A DNA stretch of 64,000 bases from a bacterium (lineage in GTDB: Bacteria; Electryoneota; Electryoneia; Electryoneales; Electryoneaceae): NCBI GenBank assembly GCA_963669175.1, contig OY769902.1:3200001-3264000 (forward strand), read 5' to 3'. This document shows, piece by piece, positions 29,626-39,444 of this stretch; position 1 is the stretch's first letter; each line of letters starts with the position of its first letter. The notes under the pieces were generated by a model that was given only the letters and a program-made list of their open reading frames with translations, was not told where the DNA came from and searched no databases. Made by a program: the position numbers and the translations under genes.

Positions 29626-30515
29626 ACAACGAGAGAAACCTGGTGAAACGCGCCAGTCGGTTTGCCGAGGTGGACCGTTCCGGGTGGAAACTGCCTGCTT
29701 TTCTTCTGCTGGTATCTTTTCTTGTCGTCATCGTCGAGTTCGTCTGGAGTCCGATCGAGTTCGCTCTTGGAAATTACATGAGCTGGACCAACGGCGTACG
29801 TCCGGCTGTGGGAACCGGGTGGGAGCTGGACCAGGAACAGGCGGAAGCGGACCGTGAGCTGGGCCAGTTGGTAGAGGAAGTGGACCAGCGTCAGTACGCA
29901 GCGGCTTCGTTTACCGACTGGGAAAAACTACCGGACCTGATTCGGCAGCATGGGGCGCTATCGATATCAACCGGACGTTTTCTTGAATTGTACGCTGCGT
30001 TACCTTCGTTTATGAGGCATGTGATCATCGACCCGGTTGACCTGCTTCGCATTCGTTCGGAAGGCCGCTGGCAGCGGGTGATTTTCCGGAACGAACATAT
30101 CGGAATACGTGTTTATTTCGTGAACCAGCAGAATTTTGCTCTTTCCAGTGCTACTCTTGGGCAGCTCTTCTTTGAGCAGTTGTCCGATTATCATGCTCCT
30201 GTTCCGGGCAGTCTTGATGACAATACCACGTATATGGGACGGGTTTTCGCGGCGGACGTGTTCTTTACTGCGATTCGCGAGATTCGTTCACGTAACCAGT
30301 TCTCTTTGCCGGGAGATTGGGTCGCCAATCTTGACGGGCGTTTGAGTCGTGTCGGTGTATCCAAAGAGGTTGTCGAAGGAAAGCGGGCGCTTGGATTCGA
30401 AGTTGACCAGGCCGGGTCATTAAAAACCTATACGATTTGGATCGATGACCAGGTTGCCAGCGAACTGTTTTCCGGCATGATGGACTTGAGCCTGTTTCAG
30501 GAGGGAGGACGATGA
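29607..30515 (+). CDS. membrane-anchored hypothetical protein
   Basis: 302 aa ORF overlapping both neighbours, one N-terminal TM helix, no recognised family. Confidence 0.72.
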   Translation: MATFPLNNERNLVKRASRFAEVDRSGWKLPAFLLLVSFLVVIVEFVWSPIEFALGNYMSWTNGVRPAVGTGWELDQEQAEADRELGQLVEEVDQRQYAAASFTDWEKLPDLIRQHGALSISTGRFLELYAALPSFMRHVIIDPVDLLRIRSEGRWQRVIFRNEHIGIRVYFVNQQNFALSSATLGQLFFEQLSDYHAPVPGSLDDNTTYMGRVFAADVFFTAIREIRSRNQFSLPGDWVANLDGRLSRVGVSKEVVEGKRALGFEVDQAGSLKTYTIWIDDQVASELFSGMMDLSLFQEGGR

Positions 30516-32581
30516 ATAATCTCCGTTCCTGGATAACGGCTTTACTCTGGATCGCAACCGGCTGCGTGACCCTGGGATTGGCTACCATTTTCATTACCGT
30601 GAGCATGATCTCCGGTGATATTCCCAAGGTGCCGACACGCCTGGAGCAATTGACCGCTGTGACCCCGACCCAGATTTACGCTTCCGATGGCAGTCTGCTG
30701 GTTCAGCTTGGTGGACGCAAAGCGGTTCCGCCTGACCGTATCTCGCCGCATTTCTTCAACGCGGTTATTTCTGCGGAAGATGACGCCTTCTTCAAACATC
30801 CCGGCATTGATAAACCGGCGCTGGTGAAAGCTGTTGCGGGAGTTCTGCTTGGACAGCGTTCACGTGGTGGTAGCACCATTACCCAGCAATTGGCCAAGAA
30901 CCTGTTTTTCTCCTTTGAGAAGACGATCACGCGGAAATTCCGTGAAATGCTGGTCGCGCTGGAAATCGAGAACGAGTTCGAGAAGAATGAAATCCTGGCG
31001 GCATACTGCAACTGGATTCCTTACGGACCCCGCATTGATGGGGTAGAGGAAGCCGCCAAGCACTATTTCGGTACACACGCAGCAGACCTGACACCGACTC
31101 AGTCCGCATTATTGGCAGGACTGCCCAACGGCCCGAGTCGCTACAATCCCTATCGTCATCCGGATCGCGCACTCACGCGACGTAACTGGATTATCAGCCG
31201 TATGGCGAAACTTGGCTACATCACCCAGCATGAGGCTGACGCTGCTGTGGCCGATACGCTGTTGCATATTCAACCGCAATCTAGCACTGGGAATCGTGGC
31301 AGTTATTTCCTTGATGCCGTTCTGGATCAGTTGGAAGAGACCTATGGCGACAATGTTGTCTACCACGGCGGCTTGAAGGTCTATACAACTGTCGATCCAC
31401 TGTTGCAGGGGTATGCGGAAGATGCGGTCAGACAGGCTTTGAGCGATCTGGATCAGCGCTTTGGCCTTGAAACCGAATACAGTAAAGCGTCATCCGAAGA
31501 GCTATCCGAATATCCGCAGGGATTGCTGGTAGCAGTTGAAACGGCAACAGGTGCAGTGAAAGCGATTGTCGGCGGACGTGACTGGCAACGCAGCCAGTTC
31601 AACCGTGCGCTTTCCCCGATGCGGAATAAGGGATCGTCTCTGAAACCTTCCTTGTATCTGACGGCGATTGAGAAGCTGCACTATACACCTGCAACAGTCG
31701 TTGTGGATTCTGCAATTACGATTAAGATCCCCGGCGCGGCAGACTGGAAGCCGAGAAATTTCGGTGGCAAGCACCAGGGACCACTTATCCTGAAAAGCGC
31801 TTTGGAGCAATCGATAAACACCGTGGCTGCCTCGTTGATTTACAAGGTCAAGCCTGAAGGCATGATAAAAACATTGCACCGGCTGGGTGTGAAAACCGAA
31901 ATCGAGCCCCATTACGCGATAGCGCTTGGCACCGCCCCGGTTCTACCGGTGGAAATGGCGGGCATGGTTGCTTCAATCGCCAACCTCGGTGAAGTGGTCG
32001 AGCCCTTTATAATTCGCAGGGTGGAGGATAACCGTGGTATTGTGCTGGAAGAGCATTTTGTCAGCGCTACCACGAAATTCAACCCCGAAACGGTGTACAT
32101 GCTGGTTGATATGATGAAGGGGGTTGTAGAAGAGGGAACAGGAATCGGTGTGCGTCGCTACGGTTTTAACCATCCGGCAATCGGAAAGACCGGCACAACT
32201 AACGACTATCGTGATTCCTGGTTCCTTGGCGCAACGCCACGCCTTGCCGCTTGTGCCTGGGTTGGATTTGACGATAACCGTTCCATGCGTATTCCCGGTG
32301 TGGGCAATATCACCGGCGCAAGCGGCGGTCTTCCAGTCTGGGCAAGGTTCATGGCTCGTGCGACTGAAGGTGAGCCTCCCCGCGACTTCGATGTCCCGGA
32401 AGGGATCGAATTTCGCTATGTCCACGAACGGACCGGGATAGAAACTCATGCGCCCGGTGACAGTGTCATGAAAGTCGCTGTTCCCATTGGTACTGAACTG
32501 CCACAGGGTAGTCTGCAACCGCTGCCCACAGATTCCACCGATGCCACGCGCCAGCCCAATGTTGTGCGAGGTGCGCGATGA
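30512..32581 (+). CDS. class A penicillin-binding protein (PBP1A family)
   Basis: transglycosylase motifs EDDAFFKHPG, GGSTITQQLAKN, RKFRE; transpeptidase motifs SSLK, SIN, KTG. Confidence 0.95.
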   Translation: MNNLRSWITALLWIATGCVTLGLATIFITVSMISGDIPKVPTRLEQLTAVTPTQIYASDGSLLVQLGGRKAVPPDRISPHFFNAVISAEDDAFFKHPGIDKPALVKAVAGVLLGQRSRGGSTITQQLAKNLFFSFEKTITRKFREMLVALEIENEFEKNEILAAYCNWIPYGPRIDGVEEAAKHYFGTHAADLTPTQSALLAGLPNGPSRYNPYRHPDRALTRRNWIISRMAKLGYITQHEADAAVADTLLHIQPQSSTGNRGSYFLDAVLDQLEETYGDNVVYHGGLKVYTTVDPLLQGYAEDAVRQALSDLDQRFGLETEYSKASSEELSEYPQGLLVAVETATGAVKAIVGGRDWQRSQFNRALSPMRNKGSSLKPSLYLTAIEKLHYTPATVVVDSAITIKIPGAADWKPRNFGGKHQGPLILKSALEQSINTVAASLIYKVKPEGMIKTLHRLGVKTEIEPHYAIALGTAPVLPVEMAGMVASIANLGEVVEPFIIRRVEDNRGIVLEEHFVSATTKFNPETVYMLVDMMKGVVEEGTGIGVRRYGFNHPAIGKTGTTNDYRDSWFLGATPRLAACAWVGFDDNRSMRIPGVGNITGASGGLPVWARFMARATEGEPPRDFDVPEGIEFRYVHERTGIETHAPGDSVMKVAVPIGTELPQGSLQPLPTDSTDATRQPNVVRGAR

Positions 32582-34248
32582 GGTGGATAGCGGCACTGGT
32601 TCTGCGTTTCTTTTTCGGCACTATGTTGGGGATGGGGTTATTCCTGGTCAACGCTTTCTGGCTACTCGATGACAGCGCCAACAGTGTTGCGGGAACTGTG
32701 CTTGCGGTCCTGGTTCCCATGCTTTTTGGATGGATTATCGGCTTTGTCCTGGTGGAAGTATGGAATGCTCAACGATGGAGCCGGTTCTGGTTGCCGTTGG
32801 CGTCCGGTGAACTGGATCACGATGAGTATCGTCGCGAACAACTGGTGAAAGCTGGAATTCGATGCATTCTTGGGCCGTGGACACTACCACTGTTGAGCAA
32901 GGCGCGTCTACGTACTTACCTGGAAGAATGGACGCGCAGCCTGATTCGTTATCAGTGCAGCGATGAATGGACATGGGAACTTTACGCGCTAAGTCTTCCA
33001 CTAATAGAAGACTCACCGGAAACACTTGAACAGCTTGAGCAAATGCTGCTGGCAGAAGACCGTCCACCGGAGACAGCGATCCTGTTCGGAATAGAGTTGG
33101 CTTCAATACTCTCGCCAACAGAAGATGCAGTCCTGATGCTGGCGCGTGAAGGTTTCAAGCTCGGTTCTGAAATCTTTACTCCACAGCAACGCACGCTGTT
33201 CGAGTCGTTATGCGCAAAGGCGTATCGTCTTGATGCGTCGCTGAAGCCCGTGCTGTTGCCGTACCTGGTGAACCGATTCGTGGAGACACGCCGTGCTGAT
33301 GAGTTCGCCGGGATTGTTTACCTGGATGCGGTTGAATCGGGGGAGGCTATTCACGGTATCCGACGTGAAATGACTCGAATCGGGCGTGTGCTGCAGCGAA
33401 ACAACCGTGAAACTGAGCTTGCAAGCGCATTATTGGAATTGGGCGAGAAGCTTCCCGCGCAGGAATTTGAAGATGAATTGCCTGTTGAAGAGGAGGTTTG
33501 GCGTCCGGGTGACAGGAATGCAGCTTCGCAGCCGCAAGCACCTCGAATAGAACAGTATACAGCAAAAGGTACGATTGCTGATTCTTTTGATAGTGTGGCA
33601 GCGGAAGAAGAGCCAGAGTTCCCGGAAGAATCAGAGCAGGTGATTGATGAATTCCAGGAAGCTGAGAAACTATCGCCAGCCTGGGAAGATGCGCCAGGTA
33701 GTGACGAGTCAGAGCCGATTTCGACTGAACTGGAAGACGAAAGTGAGTATTACCGGCTACCTTCCTGGAAAGAGAACCTTGCCGGATATGGCGAGAAGCT
33801 GAAGAACGTACCACAACGAATCTGGTTGATTACCGGAAGTTCCCTTGGCGCTCTGATTGTTCTGATCGTCATTATATCCATGATTACTGGCGGACCTGCC
33901 GTCGATGATGACGCAGTAACCTCTTCATTAACCCCACCGGGACCGTATATTTCCGATCAACCGTATACCATACAGGTGGCAGCACACCGCAACCGTGGGC
34001 CGGCAGAAGCACAGACATTTGATCTGCGTGGGAAAGGTGTGGACGCTTACCTGGTTGAACCTGTTGCTGAGGGCTCAAAATTCTTCCGCGTGCGGACAGG
34101 GCGGTTTACCACGAGCGATTCCGCACGAAGCATAGCCGATTCCATGAAAGCGGCCGGCTTGATAGAAGATTATTTCGTAGCCCCGTTTGAACCCGGACTG
34201 GTACCATCCGGACAAGCTGCAAAGGGTACTGAACCTGATGGGCAATGA
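32578..34248 (+). CDS. multi-TM protein with C-terminal SPOR domain
   Basis: two N-terminal TMs, helical domain, acidic linker, TM, then YTIQVAAH...FRVRTGRF SPOR signature. Confidence 0.8.
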   Translation: MRWIAALVLRFFFGTMLGMGLFLVNAFWLLDDSANSVAGTVLAVLVPMLFGWIIGFVLVEVWNAQRWSRFWLPLASGELDHDEYRREQLVKAGIRCILGPWTLPLLSKARLRTYLEEWTRSLIRYQCSDEWTWELYALSLPLIEDSPETLEQLEQMLLAEDRPPETAILFGIELASILSPTEDAVLMLAREGFKLGSEIFTPQQRTLFESLCAKAYRLDASLKPVLLPYLVNRFVETRRADEFAGIVYLDAVESGEAIHGIRREMTRIGRVLQRNNRETELASALLELGEKLPAQEFEDELPVEEEVWRPGDRNAASQPQAPRIEQYTAKGTIADSFDSVAAEEEPEFPEESEQVIDEFQEAEKLSPAWEDAPGSDESEPISTELEDESEYYRLPSWKENLAGYGEKLKNVPQRIWLITGSSLGALIVLIVIISMITGGPAVDDDAVTSSLTPPGPYISDQPYTIQVAAHRNRGPAEAQTFDLRGKGVDAYLVEPVAEGSKFFRVRTGRFTTSDSARSIADSMKAAGLIEDYFVAPFEPGLVPSGQAAKGTEPDGQ

Positions 34249-35155
34249 TTCAACAACAAGACGACTGGATGTAGTGGGAGTTGGACGCGCCTGTTTCGAC
34301 TACGCCGTACTCCTGGCAACCTACCCTGACAACAATACCAAACATGAAGCTATCGCCACTTTCGAAGGGCCGGGCAGCCCCGTTCCGAACGCTCTAGCCC
34401 AGTTGAGTTTGTGGGGGCACAAGACATGCCTGAGCGCAGTTGTGGGCAATGACCCCCAGGGAAAACAGATAGTTAGTGAAAATAAGAAGCTCGGCGTTGA
34501 TTGTGATCATATGATAGAGAGGCCTGAACACCGCACCCCACGGGCGTTTCTCTGGATTGAACAGAAAACGGGAAAACGTACAGTTGTTCTTGATCGAACT
34601 ATTGCGCCGCTCTCCCCGGATGAGTTACCTTGTAACGAGTTGAAATCTTGTGCTTTCCTCCTTATGGATGGATGGGAAGCGGATGCCAACCTGGAAGCAG
34701 CGCGAATTGTTCGCGAGCACGGCGGCAAGGTGATGTTCGATGCCGGAGCGGTTCGTCCGAGGATGGAAGAGCAGCTTCAAGCGGTCGATTACCTGATCGG
34801 TCCTGTGACTTACAGCCGTGAAATGTTCGGCAAAATGGACTTGTTCCAGGTAGTGCGGCGGTTGCGTGATTACGGCCCTGAGCTGGTGATCATTACCAAT
34901 GGTTCTGCCGGATGTGTGGCGGCCTGGGGTGATCAGGTACAGTGGTTGCCATCGTTTAAAGTTGATCCGGTTGACACCACAGGTGCGGGCGACTTGTTTC
35001 ATGCTGGCGTTCTGCATGGCATCATCGAAGGATGGGATGTGCCGACATGTGTTCGCTGGGCATCGGCAACCGCAGCGCTGGGGATTGGTGCCCTTGGTGG
35101 AAGGGGCAAGCTTCCAGTCAAAGAAGAGATTGAAGAATTTCTGAAGGATCGGTAG
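34238..35155 (+). CDS. PfkB family carbohydrate kinase
   Basis: VDTTGAGDLFHAG, VGNDPQG, ITNGSAG. Confidence 0.88.
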   Translation: MGNDSTTRRLDVVGVGRACFDYAVLLATYPDNNTKHEAIATFEGPGSPVPNALAQLSLWGHKTCLSAVVGNDPQGKQIVSENKKLGVDCDHMIERPEHRTPRAFLWIEQKTGKRTVVLDRTIAPLSPDELPCNELKSCAFLLMDGWEADANLEAARIVREHGGKVMFDAGAVRPRMEEQLQAVDYLIGPVTYSREMFGKMDLFQVVRRLRDYGPELVIITNGSAGCVAAWGDQVQWLPSFKVDPVDTTGAGDLFHAGVLHGIIEGWDVPTCVRWASATAALGIGALGGRGKLPVKEEIEEFLKDR

Positions 35156-35176
35156 CAAAGCATACAGGGTGGATGG

Positions 35177-36067
35177 ATGACTGACCCGGCCAGTTTCGAA
35201 AGTGAAAGCCTGTTTTTCCCCGGTCTGGAACCGGAACCGAGCCCAACCAACGGGAACGGAAAACGTAAGCTGGAAGAACCTACGGCTGAACGTGAAGTCG
35301 AAGGCGATCTTGAAGCGGAACTTGAACTTCGAAAATGGCATGAACATCTCGATTACCGGGGAACATGGGACAATTCCGTCCATTACGGCGACAACATGCA
35401 CACCCTGGGCAATATGCCCGACGAGACGGCTGACCTGATCCTGACCGACCCGCCGTATGCCATTGCCTACAAGTCAAACCGTCGGGTGAAAAATCCAAAG
35501 TTCAAGCATCTCCAGAATGACAACAGCAGTGACTGGATTCCGAAGTTCGCCAAAGAATCCTACCGTGTCCTGAAGAATAACCGTCATTTTTATTGTTTCT
35601 GCCGTCATGATACCTACCCCATGTTTGTATCCGCTATTCAGGATGCCGGGTTCAAGCTGAAACGTACCCTGATCTGGGTGAAGAATAATCACGGCAGCGG
35701 AGACTTGAAGGGGGATTACGCTCCGCAGGACGAATGGATTATTTACGCACATAAGGGACGGCGCGAGCTGTTCGGAAAGCGTGCGTCGAATGTTGTTTTT
35801 ACCCCGAAAGTATCCTCGAAAAGGTTGACTCATTCTACTGAGAAACCGGTAGAATTGCTCAAGTTTTTAATGCAGAAGAGCACGAAGAAAGGTGAACTGG
35901 TGCTTGATCCTTTTGCCGGGTCCGGCTCCACGCTTCACGCGGCCATTGAACTGGAACGCTCCTATTGTATTATCGAGCTTTCACCGAACTACTTCCTTAC
36001 CAGTAAAGAACGAGAACTGAACCTGAAACAAGCGAGCTTTGCGGACGAACTTTACGGACTGACATGA
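35177..36067 (+). CDS. orphan beta-class N4-C/N6-A DNA methyltransferase
   Basis: DPPY (motif IV) precedes VLDPFAGSGST (motif I); HSTEKP; no adjacent nuclease gene. Confidence 0.9.
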   Translation: MTDPASFESESLFFPGLEPEPSPTNGNGKRKLEEPTAEREVEGDLEAELELRKWHEHLDYRGTWDNSVHYGDNMHTLGNMPDETADLILTDPPYAIAYKSNRRVKNPKFKHLQNDNSSDWIPKFAKESYRVLKNNRHFYCFCRHDTYPMFVSAIQDAGFKLKRTLIWVKNNHGSGDLKGDYAPQDEWIIYAHKGRRELFGKRASNVVFTPKVSSKRLTHSTEKPVELLKFLMQKSTKKGELVLDPFAGSGSTLHAAIELERSYCIIELSPNYFLTSKERELNLKQASFADELYGLT

Positions 36068-39000
36068 GCCCTTTATTCAAGCATCGCTTTACGTTTTCCT
36101 TACGTATCGCGTTCGTTATTCTTGCATTCCTGCTTCTTCCATCCCTGAACTATGCTTCTAATCCTGACTGGCAACAAGAGGTCAACTACCTGATGAAGGT
36201 GACCCTGGTTGACTCTTTGCAGTCAGTCACCGGGGAAGCAGGCATCACCTATATCAACAACTCGCCTGATACATTGGCTACCCTGTGGTTCCGTCTTCCA
36301 CCGGAAGCGCTTCATCCCGGAAGTCCGTCGGATGAGGTGGAATATCGTGGCCGAAAGAACCGTCTGGCGAATGTGCCCGAGCAGCACTGGGGAAGTCTGA
36401 AGGTTCATGGAGTGGTCGCCGAAGGACGAGGCGTCATCTTCGTACAGGATGGTTCTATTGGACGACTGGACCTGATCCCGGGAATCCTGCCCGGCGATTC
36501 GGCCCAGTTTACCATGTCCTTTACCACGCGATTTCCCTCGGGGGGCGCGATGATGCGCATCGGGTATATGAGCGGCCAGTACAAAGGCGCTTACTGGTAT
36601 CCGAGCATCTGCCCTTACACACCGGATTACGGCTGGACCGTAAACCGCTACTTCGGCACCGCGGAAGCTTTTGGTGAGTTCGGTACGTTCGAGGTTCACT
36701 ATACAGTCCCCAACCGTTTCATCGTAGCCGCTTCGGGCGAGCTGGTCAACGAAGAGGAGGTTCTTCCGCCGGAACGACTGGAAGGATTGTCTATCAATAA
36801 TCCTGATCCGATTCCGATTCCGGGCGGAGAAGAGGGAGATCGGCTGGTTACCTGGATTTATGTGGCTGAGAATGTGCCGGATGTGGCGTTTGCGGCGGAC
36901 CCGAATTTTGTGATAGATCGTGTTGAGTATGATGGGTATGAGGCGTGGTCCTTTGTCCGACGGGGACGTCAGAAACAATGGGATGATGCTGCGGAGATCT
37001 GTGGCTGGACTATCGGGCAACTGGAAGAGATTTACGGGGAGTATCCCTGGACACGTGTGACTGCCACGGATAGCTGGTCTGCGATGGAGTATCCCACGTT
37101 GACCATGATGAGTAGCGAAACTCCGGGCTACCGTTATGTGATGATGCACGAAGTGATTCACAATTACACGCCCATGATCCTGCATTCGAGTTCGGTTGAT
37201 GCTCCGGTGTTGGATGAAGGTTTCACCACATTTGTAGAACAGCAGTTGATAGAACGATTTGAAGGAACCCCGTGGAATCGTGAACAGGAAATCACTCGTG
37301 GCCTGTTTTCGAAGACATTTAAGATTCGTGATGATGTGGAAAGGGGAGCGCGGCCTTACCTGGAATCGGTGTTGGATGGCGAAGACCTCCCGATGGTGCG
37401 TGGGGCGGATGTAGCAGAAGATTATCATCAATTGCGAGTATCTACCTATTATAAAACACCGGTGATGCTCAATGCGCTTTGTGGTGTGGTTGGCGAGGAA
37501 CGGTTCCGGAATGGTATGCGGACCTACTACGCTGATAACAAGCTGACCCATATCACCGAAGAAGATATGATCGCCTCATTCAGCAAGGGGACCGGGCAGC
37601 CATTGGGCTGGTTCTTCAAACAGTTCCTTTACGATGATGGTGATATCGACTATAAGATTGCTGGTACGGATGTTGAAAGGGTAGAGGATGGCTGGAAGGT
37701 CAGTATTTCGGTTAAACGTATCGGCGAGGTTCGTTTACCGTTGCGTCTGGCAATTGTAACAACCGTAGGCGATACGGCATTTGGAGAAATTGCTTTCCTA
37801 CCGACTGATCCGTCGTTGCCAGGATTTGACCGTTGGGGAACCTGGGATCAGCTTCATCAGCCAGAATCGGACTATGAAGTTGAGACGCTGATTCTTTCGA
37901 AAGCAAAGCCGGAAGTTGTTTTTCTTGATCCGGAACATCGTTATACGGACAGGAGACCACAGGATAATCATCGCAGCTTCACCTCGGGTAAACGTACATC
38001 TGTGTCTTCTGAATACCTGTGGGATTGGGGATTAGCGCCACTTCCACCCATACCGGTTGATAAGGATCGAGTCACGATTTCGCCTGCCTTCGGGTATCAT
38101 CCTTATTATGAGTTCGGCGCAGGGTTTTCCCTGAGAAGTTCCTACATGGAAAAACGGAATAAAGCGCATGCAATAGTAATGGTCAGCTCAACGAAACCCA
38201 TATTCGATTTGAATTCCAAGTATCATCCTGTTTATAGCAATAACTGGGAAGATTTCGCTGAACCGATTTCCGGTTTGGTGGAAACTACAGTTCCGCTTGG
38301 TACAGGGTATCATCCTGGTGAAATAGTAATTCAGGGAGGGATGGTTTACGATCTTCAGTGGGCGCTTGCCGGGTGGCAGAGATCATGGAAATCACGTGAG
38401 AACCGGTACCGAAATTACCTGTTGGCAACCCATGCCGGCGCTGTTGAAAAATTGTCTTTCATGCGGATGATGTACCAGGCTACCGGACGTGTTGGAGAAG
38501 GACCATGGTATAATCGTATCCGTATTACTTTCCAGAACAGTATTGAGATAGAGGGTATGGCACAATCCGCCTATTCCATGTTACAGCTTGAGGCTGTCTA
38601 TAACCGTAATATTGGCAGAGGCTGGCGAACCATCGTGGAAGGGCGGCAGCTTTTCAGCGGCGGCGGCCTTCCTGTAATGTTTCGTCCGACGCTGAATTAC
38701 AACGCGCCCTATATGCTGATAGATCACCCCGCAGTCGGGCCTTCGGCTATGAACTATCAGCAAGCGACAGCAATTCCACGTCCCACGGTAGCCGGAGCGC
38801 TGGTCTCTTACCAGGGAGTATATGCGGCAAACACATTTACCGTTGGAAGAATTTCCCTTGATCGTAAGCTGCCATCAAAATGGCGCAGAACAGGGAATAA
38901 GCCATATAACAGGTTGCTTGATCACATGCGATACGGGATTTTCGGCGCTGTTGCTTATGTTCCGGATCCTGATCTTCCGTTTGATGCAGATGGCACTTTG

Positions 39001-39240
39001 CTGCAGGAAGCGGGATTTGAACTTAGGCTCGAACAGCTCTATGGATTTTCCATATTCTGGCGTGTGGCGCCTTTCGCAAGCACCAAAGGGTTAGGCGACG
39101 AAAAGGATCAAATCGGGATCAGTTCACCTAATTCCAGTAACAGTTCTGTCAGCTCAGATCGTTTTGACTGGAAATCCGACGACTGGTTGACCAGGTCGTC
39201 CATTCTGATCCAGTTCAATACCAATCTGTTGGCAAAGTAA
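36064..39240 (+). CDS. secreted M1 family aminopeptidase with long C-terminal extension
   Basis: signal peptide, WQQEVNY, SAMEYP, HEVIH...LDEG zinc motif, YYK. Confidence 0.86.
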   Translation: MSPLFKHRFTFSLRIAFVILAFLLLPSLNYASNPDWQQEVNYLMKVTLVDSLQSVTGEAGITYINNSPDTLATLWFRLPPEALHPGSPSDEVEYRGRKNRLANVPEQHWGSLKVHGVVAEGRGVIFVQDGSIGRLDLIPGILPGDSAQFTMSFTTRFPSGGAMMRIGYMSGQYKGAYWYPSICPYTPDYGWTVNRYFGTAEAFGEFGTFEVHYTVPNRFIVAASGELVNEEEVLPPERLEGLSINNPDPIPIPGGEEGDRLVTWIYVAENVPDVAFAADPNFVIDRVEYDGYEAWSFVRRGRQKQWDDAAEICGWTIGQLEEIYGEYPWTRVTATDSWSAMEYPTLTMMSSETPGYRYVMMHEVIHNYTPMILHSSSVDAPVLDEGFTTFVEQQLIERFEGTPWNREQEITRGLFSKTFKIRDDVERGARPYLESVLDGEDLPMVRGADVAEDYHQLRVSTYYKTPVMLNALCGVVGEERFRNGMRTYYADNKLTHITEEDMIASFSKGTGQPLGWFFKQFLYDDGDIDYKIAGTDVERVEDGWKVSISVKRIGEVRLPLRLAIVTTVGDTAFGEIAFLPTDPSLPGFDRWGTWDQLHQPESDYEVETLILSKAKPEVVFLDPEHRYTDRRPQDNHRSFTSGKRTSVSSEYLWDWGLAPLPPIPVDKDRVTISPAFGYHPYYEFGAGFSLRSSYMEKRNKAHAIVMVSSTKPIFDLNSKYHPVYSNNWEDFAEPISGLVETTVPLGTGYHPGEIVIQGGMVYDLQWALAGWQRSWKSRENRYRNYLLATHAGAVEKLSFMRMMYQATGRVGEGPWYNRIRITFQNSIEIEGMAQSAYSMLQLEAVYNRNIGRGWRTIVEGRQLFSGGGLPVMFRPTLNYNAPYMLIDHPAVGPSAMNYQQATAIPRPTVAGALVSYQGVYAANTFTVGRISLDRKLPSKWRRTGNKPYNRLLDHMRYGIFGAVAYVPDPDLPFDADGTLLQEAGFELRLEQLYGFSIFWRVAPFASTKGLGDEKDQIGISSPNSSNSSVSSDRFDWKSDDWLTRSSILIQFNTNLLAK

Positions 39241-39347
39241 TTGTGATGGGAGATACTGATTAGTATAAATTGAAATAGAGAAGGCAAACTCAAGGATAAT
39301 ATGGTGATTTAGATGATGTTGATGTAATGTATGTGTGCTAATTTTTA

Positions 39348-39444
39348 CCTGAATCTACATTGAATCTTCGCCTGAATCTACATTGAATCTTCGCCTGAAT
39401 CTACATTGAATCTTCACCTGAATCTTCATTAGAATCTTCATTAG
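39348..39444. repeat. tandem array: three 23-bp units plus two degenerate half-units, eight GAATCT cores
   Basis: CCTGAATCTACATTGAATCTTC(G/A) at 39348, 39371 and 39394, then CCTGAATCTTCATTAGAATCTTCATTAG. Confidence 0.95.

Noticed and set aside
36223-37551. 442-aa minus-strand ORF
   Set aside because: Lies wholly antisense to the M1 peptidase catalytic region and has no recognisable motifs; a shadow ORF.
39348-39444. Tandem repeats as a CRISPR array
   Set aside because: Units are contiguous with no unique spacers, and no cas genes are present.
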